Translations under genes and position numbers: made by a program
In this document: one piece after another, positions 1 through 13,059 of the stretch
Layout: each line of letters begins with the position of its first letter
Numbering within the stretch: the stretch's first letter is position 1
Source of the DNA: Flaccisagitta enflata
Taxonomy: Eukaryota
Direction of reading: 5' to 3'
Length of the DNA: 64,000 bases
Assembly (NCBI GenBank): GCA_965153355.1
Contig: OZ231126.1
Coordinates: 5,518,001 to 5,582,000 of the forward strand
The notes under the pieces: generated by a model
What the model saw: only the letters and a program-made list of their open reading frames with translations
What the model was told of the DNA's origin: nothing
Database searches by the model: none

Positions 1-466
1 GCTCTTTTTACTGGAACTAATGAAGATAAAATCTTGTCAAGAGCGCTTTTTGAGATTTTTATAAAAATTGATGGTTTTTAGCCTTCTTTTTCCCGTAGAT
101 TCAACTGGGTATTTCAAAAATACTTTTTGTCAGCAAATTTGTATTCCTCATGAAATTTCCATTCATTTGATAGGTCGCAACATATACTTTTACATAAAAA
201 TAAGATTTTCAGTTTTTAAGCCACCGTTGCAAAATTGTAACGGGGGCTTAAAAATGGAAAATTGCAGTTTTGGATGAAATCGTATAGTGCGACCTATCAA
301 ATGAATGGTAATTTCATCAGGAATTCAAATATGCTGTCAAAAAAGATTTTTAAAATACCCAGTAGAATCTACATTGAAAAAAAGGGTAAAAACCATCAAT
401 TTTTATGAAAATCTCTAAAAGCGCTCTTGACAAGATTTTGTCTTCATTTGTTCCAGTAAATGGAGC
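1..466. repeat. Long imperfect palindrome (foldback/MITE-like), probably cut by window start
   Basis: 1-49 GCTCTTTTTACTGGAACTAATGAAGATAAAATCTTGTCAAGAGCGCTTT pairs with 418-466 AAAGCGCTCTTGACAAGATTTTGTCTTCATTTGTTCCAGTAAATGGAGC; pairing continues inward to a centre near 231 (CCGTTGCAAAATTGTAACGG). Confidence 0.8.
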
Positions 467-519
467 TCAGATTCTATACAAAACAATGAAAAAACCTACA
501 GTAATGTTACTTTTCTCCG

Positions 520-1560
520 GACCTTGCTGTGAGAGGGCTGTGGGGTGTGTTGCACCTTCTTGTCAACTGCATCACTGAAGGATCCCCTCTATGACAGGCC
601 ATGCAAATGGCAAAATAATGAATAATTTTGTTTTTCAAATAGTCATCAGAACCAATGTATTTAGACATGTAATTTTGTGTCGATTACAAATCAAAGGTGT
701 CACTTGGCATTTGAGCGCACAAGGTATGCTGGAACAGCTCGTCAATAGCATCAGTAAAGGACCTCTTCACAAATCATTTAGAACCATATGCGACTGAAGT
801 AATTTTGTTTTCAGATAAGTATGTTTCAGAGCTTTGTATAGAATATGACAAAAAACAAAGATTTAAAGAAGGGTTTGTTGCACCTGCTTGTCAACTACAT
901 CACTGAAGGATCCCCTCTATGGGGGGCCATGCAAAACAATCAAAAATTATGTTTTTTTCAAAAAGTTATCTTTTCCAATGTATTAAGACGTATAACCTTG
1001 TTTCAATTACAAATCTAAAGGTGTAACTTGGCATTTGAGCAGTCAAAGTATGCTGGAACTACTTGCCAACAGCATCATTGAGGGCCCTCTCCATAGTTCA
1101 TCCAGAACTAAAAGCAGCAGAAGTAATTTTGATTCCAGATAAATCTATTGTACAGCAATTGATTGAACAAGGAAAAAAATTGCATTATGGTGTGCGGGAG
1201 CTGCTTGTCAAATGCATCACTGAGGGATCACCTCCACAAGTGGCTTCTTTTGCAAGGACATTTTTAGTTGTGTGTTATGCAACTCTACAGTGTACACCCC
1301 GCTTTGTCCGTCCGTCCATCCATTGGTCGGTTGATTGGTTGGTTAGTCAGTTGGTTCCCTTTTAACATTTTTGGCATTTTTGAGCTTTTTGAGCTCACTG
1401 CTCCTGCCCAAATGCCCTAGTGACCTTTTCTGTCAACACTCGTGCCCACATGCAACTAGGGTAGCCGTGTATCCGGCCTAGTTTTGGCAGTAAAATCTAC
1501 TGATATGCATAGAATAAGAGGAAAAAATACTGAAACCAATTGTCAACTGCATCACAATTT
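520..1560 (+). repeat. Left arm of ~320-330 bp tandem repeat family (inverted partner at 11290-12400)
   Basis: Motif TGTCAACTGCATCACTGAAGGATCCC recurs near 561, 889, 1207 with a half-unit GGTATGCTGGAACAGCT between; interrupted by a HINE at ~1261-1483. Confidence 0.7.
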
Positions 1561-3122
1561 TGTCTTCATAACAACTTCATATGCTCAATTATAAGTAGAG
1601 ATGCAGAAGCGGAAGCGGAAGCGGAAGCGGAAGCACCTGGAAGCGGTACTTTTTTAGTGAGAGTGGAAGCGGAAGCGGAAGCGCACTTTTGTAATTCATT
1701 GGAAGCGGAAGCGGAAGCGAAAGCAGATTTTTTTTAACTCATTGGAAGCGGAAGCGGAAGCAAAAAAAGAAATTTGAGCCAATTGGAAGCGGAAGCGGAA
1801 GCGGAAACGTCTTATTAGGCGCTTCCGCTTCCGCTTCCGCTTCCACATTCCTTATTCATGATGGTGGTAAAACACATGGTAAAGTCATGGTTACTGTCAC
1901 TTAATGTATGCAACATGGGAAAAGTACTAAGATCATTAGACCACATGGGGAAAGAAAATGGACTGGAGATAGGAAGAGAGAATCTTTCATTTGTTCATTT
2001 ATCCCTTTATTTTTCTCATTTATTTATTCATTCATTCATTCATTCCACTGTCGTTGTTTTTGTTGTTATTGCAGTTGATGTTATTGCATGATAAGAAAGA
2101 TTTGTTTCAAAATCGTGAACTTTAAAGGGAATATTTGCTTCGGATACTGTATGGTAGTACAGTAGCACAGTGAAGCTACACTGGAAGGCATTTGAAGGGA
2201 CCGACTCATCTTATGCCTTCTAGGCAGGATGCCATATTGCCTAGCATGACTTTCTCTATGGTTTACATGGGTAATTATTACTTTCTAATAGACTGTACAT
2301 GTCCGATTAAACTACTTAGGGGGAAAAATAATAGAGACTTACTACATAGAGATAAAGAAATGGAAGAGTAACCAAGTGAGGACTAAGGCCTTGCATATGA
2401 GTTTTTTTTATTCGGGCTCAGTTTGGGTTTGTAGGGGCTAAAATATGAGCCATGACATTTGGCTTTATATGGGCCCAAATCCGAATGTAATTCGGGTCTA
2501 TTTCGGTTTCCATAGTAACTGTAATGTAACAAAAAATGTTATCTAACACTGAAGTGTTTGGATTTTCGAACAAAATCATTTTGTGAAAAATAACAGAGGT
2601 ACAGTTATGATAAAGTTTTTAATTACAATGTGTCAGATGAGTTATTTCGATTTTTTCATTTCAAAAGATTTTCTAGCTTTTAAAAGAAAAAAACGAACAA
2701 GCAAGATTTGGCCAAGATGTGCGCCTTGTGCATTAAAAATTGATGATGAAAATGAAAATTGAATAAATAAGTGAGTGAATGAAAAGATGAATGAATGAAT
2801 GAATGAATGAATGAATGAATGAATGAATGAATGAATGAATGAATGAATGAATGAATATGTGAACACGAAAAACATTGTTATAATGCTAACTCTTTCCTGC
2901 TCATGAGAAAACAAGTTTTTTTGTGAACTAGTTGTTTCTTTATATTCTTTAACAAAGCATCAGGAAATAACTTATGATAACTATACTCCACAAAAAAAAA
3001 AAAGTTATGTCAAGATCGCGAGCTCTTGTTCCAAAGAAATCACTTGTTTTTTGGGAGAACGGAAACACGGAGATGCGATCGAGGGTAATCAAGAATTGGG
3101 AGAATACGGTATACCGACGAAC

Positions 3123-3207
<85 letters not shown>

Positions 3208-3413
3208 CGCACAGGTTGGTTGTGGTGGGTTGAGTTAACTATCATCCAATGATATTCCAGAAAAGTCATACATCTGCGAGATTCAACGATCATTACCAAT
3301 TCACATTTTTAATCAAAACAAATAATGTTTTTTTAAAAGTTTTTCATAAAAGTAAAACTTAAAATATAAAGCGAAAGAAAGGAAAAAGAAAGATGAAAAG
3401 TGTGTGTGCGGTG

Positions 3414-3453
<40 letters not shown>

Positions 3454-3510
3454 GTGTGTATGTGCGTGTGTATGAGCGTGTATTTGTGAAAAAATACCCT
3501 CTCAATCTCA

Positions 3511-3570
<60 letters not shown>

Positions 3571-3749
3571 CTTCTTTGCCCGAAAAATCTGTCATTGTAA
3601 TAATCCAAACAATGGAGATCCTCGAAGTTGATGTGCGTGCTAGTCAATGTCCATAACTAAATGGCTATACCAATGACAATTCAATGATCTGAGGGCAAAC
3701 TTTTTAGTCAAATGCTTGGAACTTATTATGCTGCCATGATAAAACTGCG

Positions 3750-3835
3750 ACAACAAGAACAACAAGAACAACAACAACAACAACAACAACAAGAACAACA
3801 ACAACAATGACAACAACAAAAAGAACAACAATGAT

Positions 3836-3891
<56 letters not shown>

Positions 3892-3910
3892 CGATAACAA
3901 CAATAACAGC

Positions 3911-3963
<53 letters not shown>

Positions 3964-4012
3964 CGATAACAACAACAACAACAATAACGATAACAACAAC
4001 AACAACAACAAT

Positions 4013-4077
<65 letters not shown>

Positions 4078-4170
4078 CGATAACAACAATAACAGCAACA
4101 ACAGCAACAGCAACAAAAACAACAACAACAACAACAACAATAACAATAACAACAACAACAACAACAGAAC
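3750..4170. repeat. (CAA)n microsatellite, ~420 bp, interrupted
   Basis: Direct reading; source of the poly-L/V/C/T ORFs in the track. Confidence 0.95.
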
Positions 4171-4371
4171 CAAAAAAGTAAAGGTATGACTGACAGATGG
4201 ATGGGCGGACAGACGGATGGATGGACAGACCAACCAACAAAGAGGGGTGTGCACTCGCGTAGCACGCGACTAAAAACAACAACAAAAACAACATCAATAA
4301 GAACAAGACCAACAACGTCAACAATAACTACTATGATATACATTCATGTACAAGATTTATGACTTAGTAAG

Positions 4372-7300
4372 TGTTAGGATGTACCTTTGAGGACGTAGAC
4401 GGACGTATGGATGAAGATGAGCGGATGAGTAGGGAATGAAGGACGAGTAGATGCAGACGCCAGGATGATGTGTGAACGCAGAGGAGAGGCGTAGATATAT
4501 ACAAGTATACAAGCAAAGAGAGCATACAGTATATGAACCATGAACCGGGTGTGCCTCATATCTGAGGACAAAGAGAACCAGCAACCGGCAATGATAATGG
4601 GGCACAGGATGAACAATGACAAATGATAAATGATGTCAATGGCAATGAGGGTAACTATGCCGTGGGCCTAACAGAGGCTACCCTCTTTGAGTTTGTTCGT
4701 CCCGAACAAGAGACAACACCAGGCGTGAAGTCAATTGTCCGGGCTCTGTGTTGAAGGTTTGGTTTGGTTAGGATGAGTTGCCACTGCGCCAAGTTGTACA
4801 ATCGCCAAGGTAGTTCCACTGCAGAAGGATCGTCTGGTAACGAAGATTGTCAGGGTGCCAGAAAGGCCCAGCACCCTGATGATGAGTCGCCACCACGCCA
4901 CGTTCCACAACCGCCAAGATGGTACCACCGCCAGATTGTTTAGTGATGACGATTATCAGGGTGCCTGATGAAGAGTCGCCACTGCGCCACGTTCCACAAT
5001 CGTCAAGATGGTTCCACTGCAGGAGTGTCTGGAAATGACGATTAACAGGGTGCCAGAAAGGCCCAACGCCAAGATGACAACAACGCCTAAGGGATTTTCA
5101 AGGTCCAAAATGAGGCTCCGCAGATAATGATTGCCAGTAGGTCTGCTCATGAAGGGGAGAGTCTGGTAATGGTTGTCGTACGGTGTTGTTGAATGGCATT
5201 GTTGAACGGCGTTGTTGAACGGCGTTGTTGAAGAGCGTTGTCGAATGGCGTTGTTGAATAGCGTTGTTGAATGGCGTTGTTGAACGGTGTTGTCAAACGG
5301 CATTGTCAAACGGCGTAGTCGAACGGCGTTGTTGAACGGCGTTGTCGAACGGCGTTGTCAAACGGCGTTGTCGAACGGCATTGTCGAACGGCGTTGTCGA
5401 ACGGCGTTGTCAAATAGCGTTGTCAAACGGCGTTGTCGAACGGCATTGTCAAACGGCGTTGTCAAACGGCGTTGTCGAACGGCGTTGTCGAACGGCGTTG
5501 TCAAATAGCGTTGTCAAACGGCGTTGTCAAACGGCGTTGTCGAACGGCGATGTCGAACGGCGTTGTCAAACGGTGATGTCAAACGGTGATGTCAAACGGC
5601 GTTGTCAAACGGTGTTGTTTAGCGGCATTGTTGAATGGTGTTGTCAAGCAGCGGCGATTTTGCCAGGGGGCAATGGTGGTGCGGTGACAATATTAGGGCG
5701 ACACAACGGCGGCGTAGAAGGGTTGAGGATGAAGTACGATCACAGGTGTACCGGCCATCACTAAACCATCGCAGGTGTCCAAAGCGACAAATAGAAGAAT
5801 GGGAAGGTTGGATCTGGTCAGTCACGCAAAGGGCATTTTGTTTCATTTCCTCGGCAGTTATGTACGAATTTACCTAAACACTAGAGGCAGTCCCCCATTT
5901 GAAGTGGATCGTCTCGATACACAAATCAAAGAGGGTTTTGTCTGGAAAAGAACACCATGAAGAGATGGTGTTTGTGCAGTACATAGTGCAGCAGGAGTTG
6001 ACTAGATGGTTGCTGTAATCAGAATTGAAAAGTGTGATTGATAAACTTCGTGGCTATTGCCTTTAAAAAAATTGGGTCTGGGTTTTTGCAGATCCAGTTT
6101 AAATAATTTAAGTTGGTCAAGAATGGGGCGAGGCGGCCGCCAAAAGAAACCGTCACAGGTGTCCAATGCGTCGATGAAGGGTAAGCGGTAATGTCGAAAG
6201 ACCAGGGAATCCGTGGGGGTAAGATGACGATAATATCCACCATCTGCGGTTTGGAGTGGATCGTCCTAATACCTGGCTTAAATCCCTCCTCTAATGCGAA
6301 TGATTGGATCTGGGTTTTTAACAGAAGACAAGTGTCACGCTTCGGCAGCAAGCAAGGGTGCCCGACTCTCCAACATCAGAAGTCCAAGCGAAGTAAGAAA
6401 GCAGATGGTGGAGAGATTCCAGATTCCGTACTACATGCGGCGGCACTCGATGGTGATGCGGTGACGATATGTTAGTGTGACAGCGTTTCAGGGATGAGGC
6501 AGAAGCCAACCATAGATGAGTAGTAAGGTGCTAAAAATTAAGGGCAGTCTCCCATTTGAGGTGGCGCGGCAGAGGTCTATCCAGTACTCCGTGAGGTGCT
6601 GAAAGATCCCATTATCCAGCGTCAAGAGAGTGGATAGTTGGCAGCGTCGAGAGCAGATATAAGTCGTGTAGGTTGTATAATGGCATTGGTAGATAGTAAT
6701 AACAAAGCGAAGTGTTGGGTCCAGAAGAGGCATATAAAAACAAGGAACATGATAACATTCAACTTTGCATGAAGGCGATGATAAAGGCTGGGAGGTAATT
6801 CCCCATCCAAGATCCAAAAGAGGTTTGGCTAAAAGCAATGATGGCAGATGGGAAGCAGTCCCCCCATCCAAGATCTTAAGAAAGTTTTGTCTTGCAAATG
6901 GGCAATTATCAAAATGCATGGGGAGAACAGATGCAAAACCGCATGAACCCACAATGTAAAGATCCAAATTTAGAGAGGCGCCAAACTTGCAACATTGCAC
7001 CTAACCAGCAAAATTTTTGCCAAAAATGTCCACAATTTCACATCCCGCGGCATTCGATGAGGCCCACACACGCCGTTAATGAACATCCAGGCAGCAGTCA
7101 AGTTGCGGTTATACGGTTAGGAGTTAATAATCCAGGCACGCAGCTGCATCAAAAGAGCGAGAGCTAATGATGGACCTGGGCAAAGCCTGCCGGCAACTGT
7201 ACCTGTTGCAGTAATGAAAGAAGAGAGGAAAGAAGATTTGGTCTGGGTACCTGCAGGTTTGTCATTCCGTCACTCCACAGAAAAAGGCGATGGCAATAGA

Positions 7301-9123
7301 GACAGTCAATACATGATGAAACAAGGTAGGACAATGATCCAGCTTGTTGGCAAACAGCCAACCGAGTCCACTTTTTTGTTATGAATTTGTTTTGTTCAGT
7401 TAGGGGCCTGTTGCAGATAAGGGCGACCATTCCAATAGGCATCAACAGTTGGTAGCAAGAAGTAGTATAGAGGAATTCTTACTTAAAAGAGAGATTAAGG
7501 TCTGGTGATTGTTTTCTCTTCAAGATGTAGTCCTGGGCAGTAGTATTTGGATGGGAAAAAAAAGTTGGATCTGGTTACTTGGAGAGTGTCTGGAGCTTGG
7601 GGTTGATTTGAGTATGAAGTAAGGCATGGTTGTTCAGTGGTTGTTTGTTACTCGCTAGGCGCATTTGTCCGTCAACACATAAAACAAGATGGCAATAGAA
7701 TGCTATGTCTGGAGCTGGTGTTTGGCCACCAGTTGGCAACTTTTAAGAGGTTTGTGCCCGGCGAGCGGTATTCCAGCGACGCCTAGGTGGGGGTGCGTAT
7801 TCCAGCAGCACGTGATTAGAAGGCGCGGTTTCCAGCTGCTCTAGCAACTACAACGCGGTCTTTTCCAGCTGCTTGCGGCATCGAGACGCGGAATTCCAGC
7901 TGCTCTCGGACTCGCAACGCGGTCCCACGAAGTGTTCCTCCGTGGCGTTCCAGCTGCTTGCAGTTGATAGACGCGGTCACGCTACACTTCGAAATACGCC
8001 GCGGACGCTAAGGTAGTAGTTGGCGATGATTGCGATGATGTGGAGAGCTAAATTCCCCAAAAGTAAAGCAGTTTTGTCTTTTAACAAAAATTCCTATTTT
8101 TAAAGAGCACACACCCGGTTCAGCACAAAAGTTATTTACAATTCCGCATTCCTTAATGTATCTATATGCAGTTTGATTGAGTAGGAGTACCATCCAAACC
8201 AATGTTGTTGAGGCAGATGTCGAGGCGAAAGATGTAAGCGAAGATAAGAGATGGAAGGGAACCTCGTCGCCTTCTACAGCCCCTTTGCCAGGCGTGGACA
8301 GAACCGACGGATCCCGTTAAGATCCCCATGCCGAGGGATCACCCGCCGTAACCCGTATTGCGAAGGGGGGGATTGCTGTAGGCAGCGAAGAGTTGGTCTG
8401 GTACCAGTGAAGTAGGATTCTCCTGTGGTATCGACGGGATTGCCATCAGTTGAAAACTTGCTTCGTTCCGTTTGCCACAGTAGCGAAGTGCTACCCCCGC
8501 AGACGAGTGCTACGACGTACGATCCAGCACCCCTCAAGCTGTAATTCCCAACGGTCCCAGCGCTATTGTGGACATGTCCAGCGATAGAGAATCCCCTACC
8601 CGGGGGGTGCACAACTTGGGCCATTAGGCCAGCAAGGGTTAAGGCACGTTAGCGTACGAAGATGATGATAGGGCAGGTGCAAAGCAAATCGTAGAGTCGT
8701 GCGTGAATGAGTCAAATGTCGAGGTTTGGACGGTGATGTCTGGGAAGGAGCAGACAGACCCAGATTCTCAACAATAACTACTATGATATACATTCATGTA
8801 CAAGATTTATGACTTAGTATCTGTTAGGATGTACCTTTGAGGACGTAGACGGACGTATGGATGAAGATGAGCGGATGAGTAGGGAATGAAGGACGAGTAG
8901 ATGCAGACGCCAGGATGATGTGTGAACGCAGAGGAGAGGCGTAGATATATACAAGTATACAAGCAAAGAGAGCATACAGTATATGAACCATGAACCGGGT
9001 GTGCCTCATATCTGAGGACAAAGAGAACCAGCAACCGGCAATGATAATGGGGCACAGGATGAACAATGACAAATGATAAATGATGTCAATGGCAATGAGG
9101 GTAACTATGCCGTGGGCCTAACA
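4372..9123 (-). mobile_element. Young non-autonomous LTR retroelement (LARD-like) with identical 302-bp LTRs
   Basis: LTRs 4372-4673 and 8822-9123 identical by eye, TG...CA ends with 7-bp IR TGTTAGG/CCTAACA, 4-bp TSD TAAG (4368-4371, 9124-9127). Purine tract AAAGAGGG on minus strand close to the 4673 LTR suggests minus orientation. No recognisable gag/pol ORF; no TGG-type PBS. Confidence 0.9.
5170..5650. repeat. 13-bp minisatellite (AACGGCGTTGTCR)n inside LTR element
   Basis: Roughly 35 tandem copies read directly; lies toward the inferred 3' end of the element. Confidence 0.92.
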
Positions 9124-10655
9124 TAAGATCTAAGGTTAAGGTTAACCCTCGACTTAGCAGTTGACCGCTAACAGAGAATCTATGAAAAAGTACCATCTTG
9201 GAAATAAAAAATTTTCATCCAAAAAGAACCTTGGAATCAAGCCGCAGATTACAGCTTTGTTGCATTTTAAAGAATTTAAACAACTCTTTAAATGAAACCA
9301 ATCTGGTTATGATAGCTTTCATTGTTTTGAAGCAGTACTCCACCAAATTTTTTGTCGTGTGGTATGCGACTCTACACCCTGCCTTGTCGGTCCATCTGTC
9401 GGTCCATCTGTCTGTCTGTCCGTCCATCCATCTGTCTGTCCGTCACACTCAAGGCTGGAATTTGAACTTCAAAAAAGTAATTTAGGCTTCATAGCAGGGA
9501 GAAGGAGGAGGAGAAGCAGAGGGACGATCTATATGTATGAAAGCATAGGTAATAGGCCCTTGTGCTGCCACTGCCCAAAATTAGAGGAAGAAGCGATGAA
9601 ATAGCATGAAACTGTGAGATGAATATTCCAAGAGCTAGACTTTGTTAAACTGGTGACAATCTCAAATTTGAAGAAATGATAATAATCTTTTTTTCTGGTG
9701 TGCCTATGTGGCTGTGTGCGCAGCCTACTTTAAAAAGAACTTTGTGCGCATTTAAGTATGCTGAGTATGCCCTTGGTCCTATCTATTGTAGCCTTATATA
9801 TTGTGATCATGCATGTCTAGTTTCATTGCAATGTAACAAAAGATTCAAAGATGAATAACAAGGTGAATACCATGGTACCACCACAATGTAACAACATAAA
9901 CAGGGATGCAGAAGCAGACATTGTGTTGGAAGCGGAAGTGGAAGCGGAAGCGGAAGCGGAAGCGAAAGCGGAAGCTGTGCCATGGTGAAAGAGTGGAAGC
10001 GGAAGCGGAAGCGGAAGCTTTTCTTTTTAAAATAGTGGAAGCGGAAGCGGAAGCGGAAGCTAAGTTATTTGAAATGGTAAAAATGGAAGCGGAAGCGGAA
10101 GCTGTCTTTTTTCAAATGGGCCTTTTGGAAGCGGAAGCGGAAGCAGTCCAAAAATCTACCGCTTCTGCATCTCTAATTATAAGAAAACTATTTGCTTAAA
10201 TATTGAAGAGAAATGAAAAATGAAATAGAGAAGTTGTTAACTTGTTGTCCATTTTATGAGAAATTGTTTTTGGCTTTCCACTTAAGCTTTAGAAAACAAG
10301 GCCAGATGCACGGCTACCGAAGTCACGTGCAGGTGGGCAGGGGCCATATTTGAGGTCACCAGACCATTTGGGTGGGAGCAGTGAGGTCAAAAAAACAAAA
10401 TCATAAAAAAAGTAAACTGACCGACCAACCAACCAACCAACCAACGGACAAAGCGGGTTGTAGAGTCGCATACATGCGACTAAAAAAATTCAAAACAAAC
10501 TTTTTCTGAAATCGATGAGAGATGCAGGGTAATACCCCTCCTTTAGTTTCTCTAAGTGGCACTCATTTTTAGTCGCAGACATGCAACTCTATAATCCACT
10601 TTTCGGTTCGTCGGTCCATCTGTCTGTCTGTCCATCCATCCGTGCATTGGTCCGT

Positions 10656-10748
<93 letters not shown>

Positions 10749-11289
10749 TGTTGTGCCATGGCTACACCAGCTACCCCTTCAAATACACCTCTGTAGTGAA
10801 AGGTGGTTGAGTGTGGATGGGATTAAGACGCCTCTGCTCATTTATCCACTACAATATTGAGACCTGCTTTACTTGTTCTTAGTGATAAAAATTTGGTAAG
10901 GACAATTTATCAGAATCTGTATTCAGTTAAACTTACAGCTAGAATTTGTTATAGATGTCTCACGTGGTGAGGGGTGACAAGGGATAGCTTGTTTAAGGTT
11001 AGAGGCTGTACTGGGCTGGGTTTAAAGTTTATTGCAGTGATAATCTTTAGGTTAAGGGAAGTGTTAGATTTAGTTAGGATCGCAGTTTGACGCAAAAAGT
11101 GGTCAAACCGGCCCTCCCCCACCCTTCCCACCACTAGTTACCTCAAAATTGTATGAGTTTTATATAGGGTGAATTGTTGCACATGTCACACATTTTCATC
11201 CAAACTTTTTCATGTGCAGAGGAGAAGTCTTGTTGTTTTCCTTTATCACAGATGGTGTGGTATTTCTGTAGAACTTAATGAGTTTTAGA

Positions 11290-12400
11290 GCAGTCCTTCA
11301 ATGAAGCAGTTAACAAAAATTTCCAGCACACCTTACTTTTTCTTGATATATCAAGGAGTTTCCTCTAATTCTATGCATATGTGTAAAATTTCCAAAGATT
11401 TTAAGCAGAAAAATGCTCTTGCATTGGGAATGTAGATTTTGTGGGGGGGATCCTTCAGTGATGCAGTTGAAAAGCATCTTTTAAACACCCTTATTCAAAA
11501 AATTTGTTTTTCCTCTTATTCTATGAAAAGCTGTGAAATCTACTTATTTGAACTTAAAATGACTTCCACTTCACACAGTTCTACATGTATTGTGGGTACA
11601 TCTTTTAATGATGCTGTTGACAAGCTGTTTCAGCATACCTTGACTGCTCATATACTTATTGACACCTTCAGATTTGTAATCAACAAAAAATTTCATGTCT
11701 GAATACATTGGCCATGATGAATTTTTGAAAAACATGAATTTTCAGCATTTTGCACAGCCTCTTGTGGAAGGGATCCTTCAGTGATGCAATTGACGAGTAG
11801 TTCCAGCCCACCCTGATTCAAATCTTTGTTATTCCTTATGACATTTACAGCTGTGAAACTTACTTATCTGGAAAAACCTTCTGTCTTTAGTTTTACATGA
11901 TTTATTGAGAGGTCCTTCAATGATGCTGTTGACGAGCTGTTCCAGCATACCTTGACTACTCAAATGCTTAGTGGCGCCTTCAGATTTTCAATCTACACAA
12001 TATTTCATGTCTGAATACAGTGCATTGATTACAATGACTTTTTGAAAAACATGATTTTTTATCATTTCGCATAGCCTGTTGAAGGGATCCTTCAGTGATG
12101 CAGTTGACGAGCAGCTCCAACTCACCCTGATTCAAATGTTTGTTTTTCCTCAATCATATTTATAGCTGTGAGACTTACTTATCTGAAAATATATAAAAAT
12201 CTGCTGCATATAGTTTTACATGATTTATTGAAAGGTCCTTCAGTGATGCTGTTGACAAGCTGTTCCAGCATACCTTGACTGCTCGTATGCTTAATGGCAC
12301 CTTCAGATTGGTAATCTACACAAAATTTCATTTCTGAATATATTGGTCATTATGAATTTTTGAAAAACATGATTTTTCATCATTTTGCATGGCCTCTCTG
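11290..12400 (-). repeat. Right arm of ~320 bp tandem repeat family, inverted relative to 520-1560
   Basis: GGATCCTTCAGTGATGCAGTTGA at ~11448, ~11772, ~12085 is the reverse complement of the left-arm motif; AGCTGTTCCAGCATACC half-units also mirrored. Confidence 0.7.
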
Positions 12401-12875
12401 TAGAAATGTCTCTGATCTTAGTTAATTCCTAAGCTAAGAAAGCTTCTTCAACTTAGTGATTAACCTAACATTTGAAATGATCTTTCTCTGAGAATTGTTA
12501 CGACCGGTAGAGATTTATACCTATACCGGTTTGTCCACTGACTGTAAGCTTGACTCACGGTACGACTTTCGTACTTTCATTTCATAAGTCCACTTTTATC
12601 AAACCACCGTGGGAAACAATGAGAAATGGAAAAAAAAAGAATATTGATGGGTTCACTCGAGCGCAGACCGGATAAAATTTTGCACATTGGTAAAACTGCC
12701 TTATTGCCAATCTAAAATGCTTTAACGGCGGGCATGCCTTATAAGTGGGTGCGCTTTAGCGGTGCTCCACTGTGAAAAACTGAATCACCCCAAAAGGAGT
12801 GTCACAAGGAAAGGTCACCATGTAGTATCACAGCGTTACAGTGATGAGTGATCTTAATGGAGTTTCAACTCTCAC

Positions 12876-12934
12876 CTCGTTGAGTCTGTCAATGAACAGG
12901 GGAGAATCAGACCATATTATCCCCGCCGTCGAAA
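12876..12934 (-). CDS. Candidate internal exon (STAGIIWSDSPLFIDRLNE), possibly androglobin
   Basis: Pyrimidine tract + TTCAG acceptor, GTGAGA donor, one open frame; LFIDRL weakly resembles the LFVDSL segment that follows the FHKP motif in androglobins. Its phase does not join directly to exon 33968. Confidence 0.25.
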
Positions 12935-13059
12935 CTGAATTGAAAGGCATCAAAAAGGATCAAAGAATGGCCTCAGGTAAAAAGAGAACGAATGAATGCC
13001 CCCAACCGAATGCCCCCCAACCAAGTCTTTGAAGAGGCGTTTGATTAGCGGCATTTATG

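Larger units (their letters stand above)
1596..10175. mobile_element. Non-autonomous hAT-superfamily DNA transposon (8.6 kb incl. nested LTR element)
   Basis: Perfect 17-bp TIR TAGAGATGCAGAAGCGG (1596-1612 / 10159-10175), 8-bp TSD ATTATAAG (1588-1595 and 10176-10183), subterminal (GGAAGC)n arrays at both ends; no transposase ORF. Confidence 0.88.

Noticed and set aside
3640-4343. Long ORFs of poly-L/V/C/T
   Set aside because: Translations of the (CAA)n microsatellite; the same applies to ERER/SLSL, poly-M/H/Q/I and EAEAEA ORFs across the window.
7765-7980. CRISPR-like array (CGCGG..TTCCAGCTGCT with short variable spacers)
   Set aside because: Repeats are degenerate, period about 29-33 bp, spacers only ~12 nt, no cas genes, eukaryotic LTR context; more likely a decayed tandem or coding repeat.
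4318-9145. Reconstructed empty site (minus strand AACCTTAACC...GTACATG) as a spliced-leader RNA gene
   Set aside because: Superficial likeness to AUG-ending flatworm leaders, but no GT donor right after the ATG and no convincing Sm site; it lies inside a hAT element.
12605-12774. Transib/RSS-like termini CACCGTGG...CCACTGTG
   Set aside because: IR too short and no matching 5-bp TSD.
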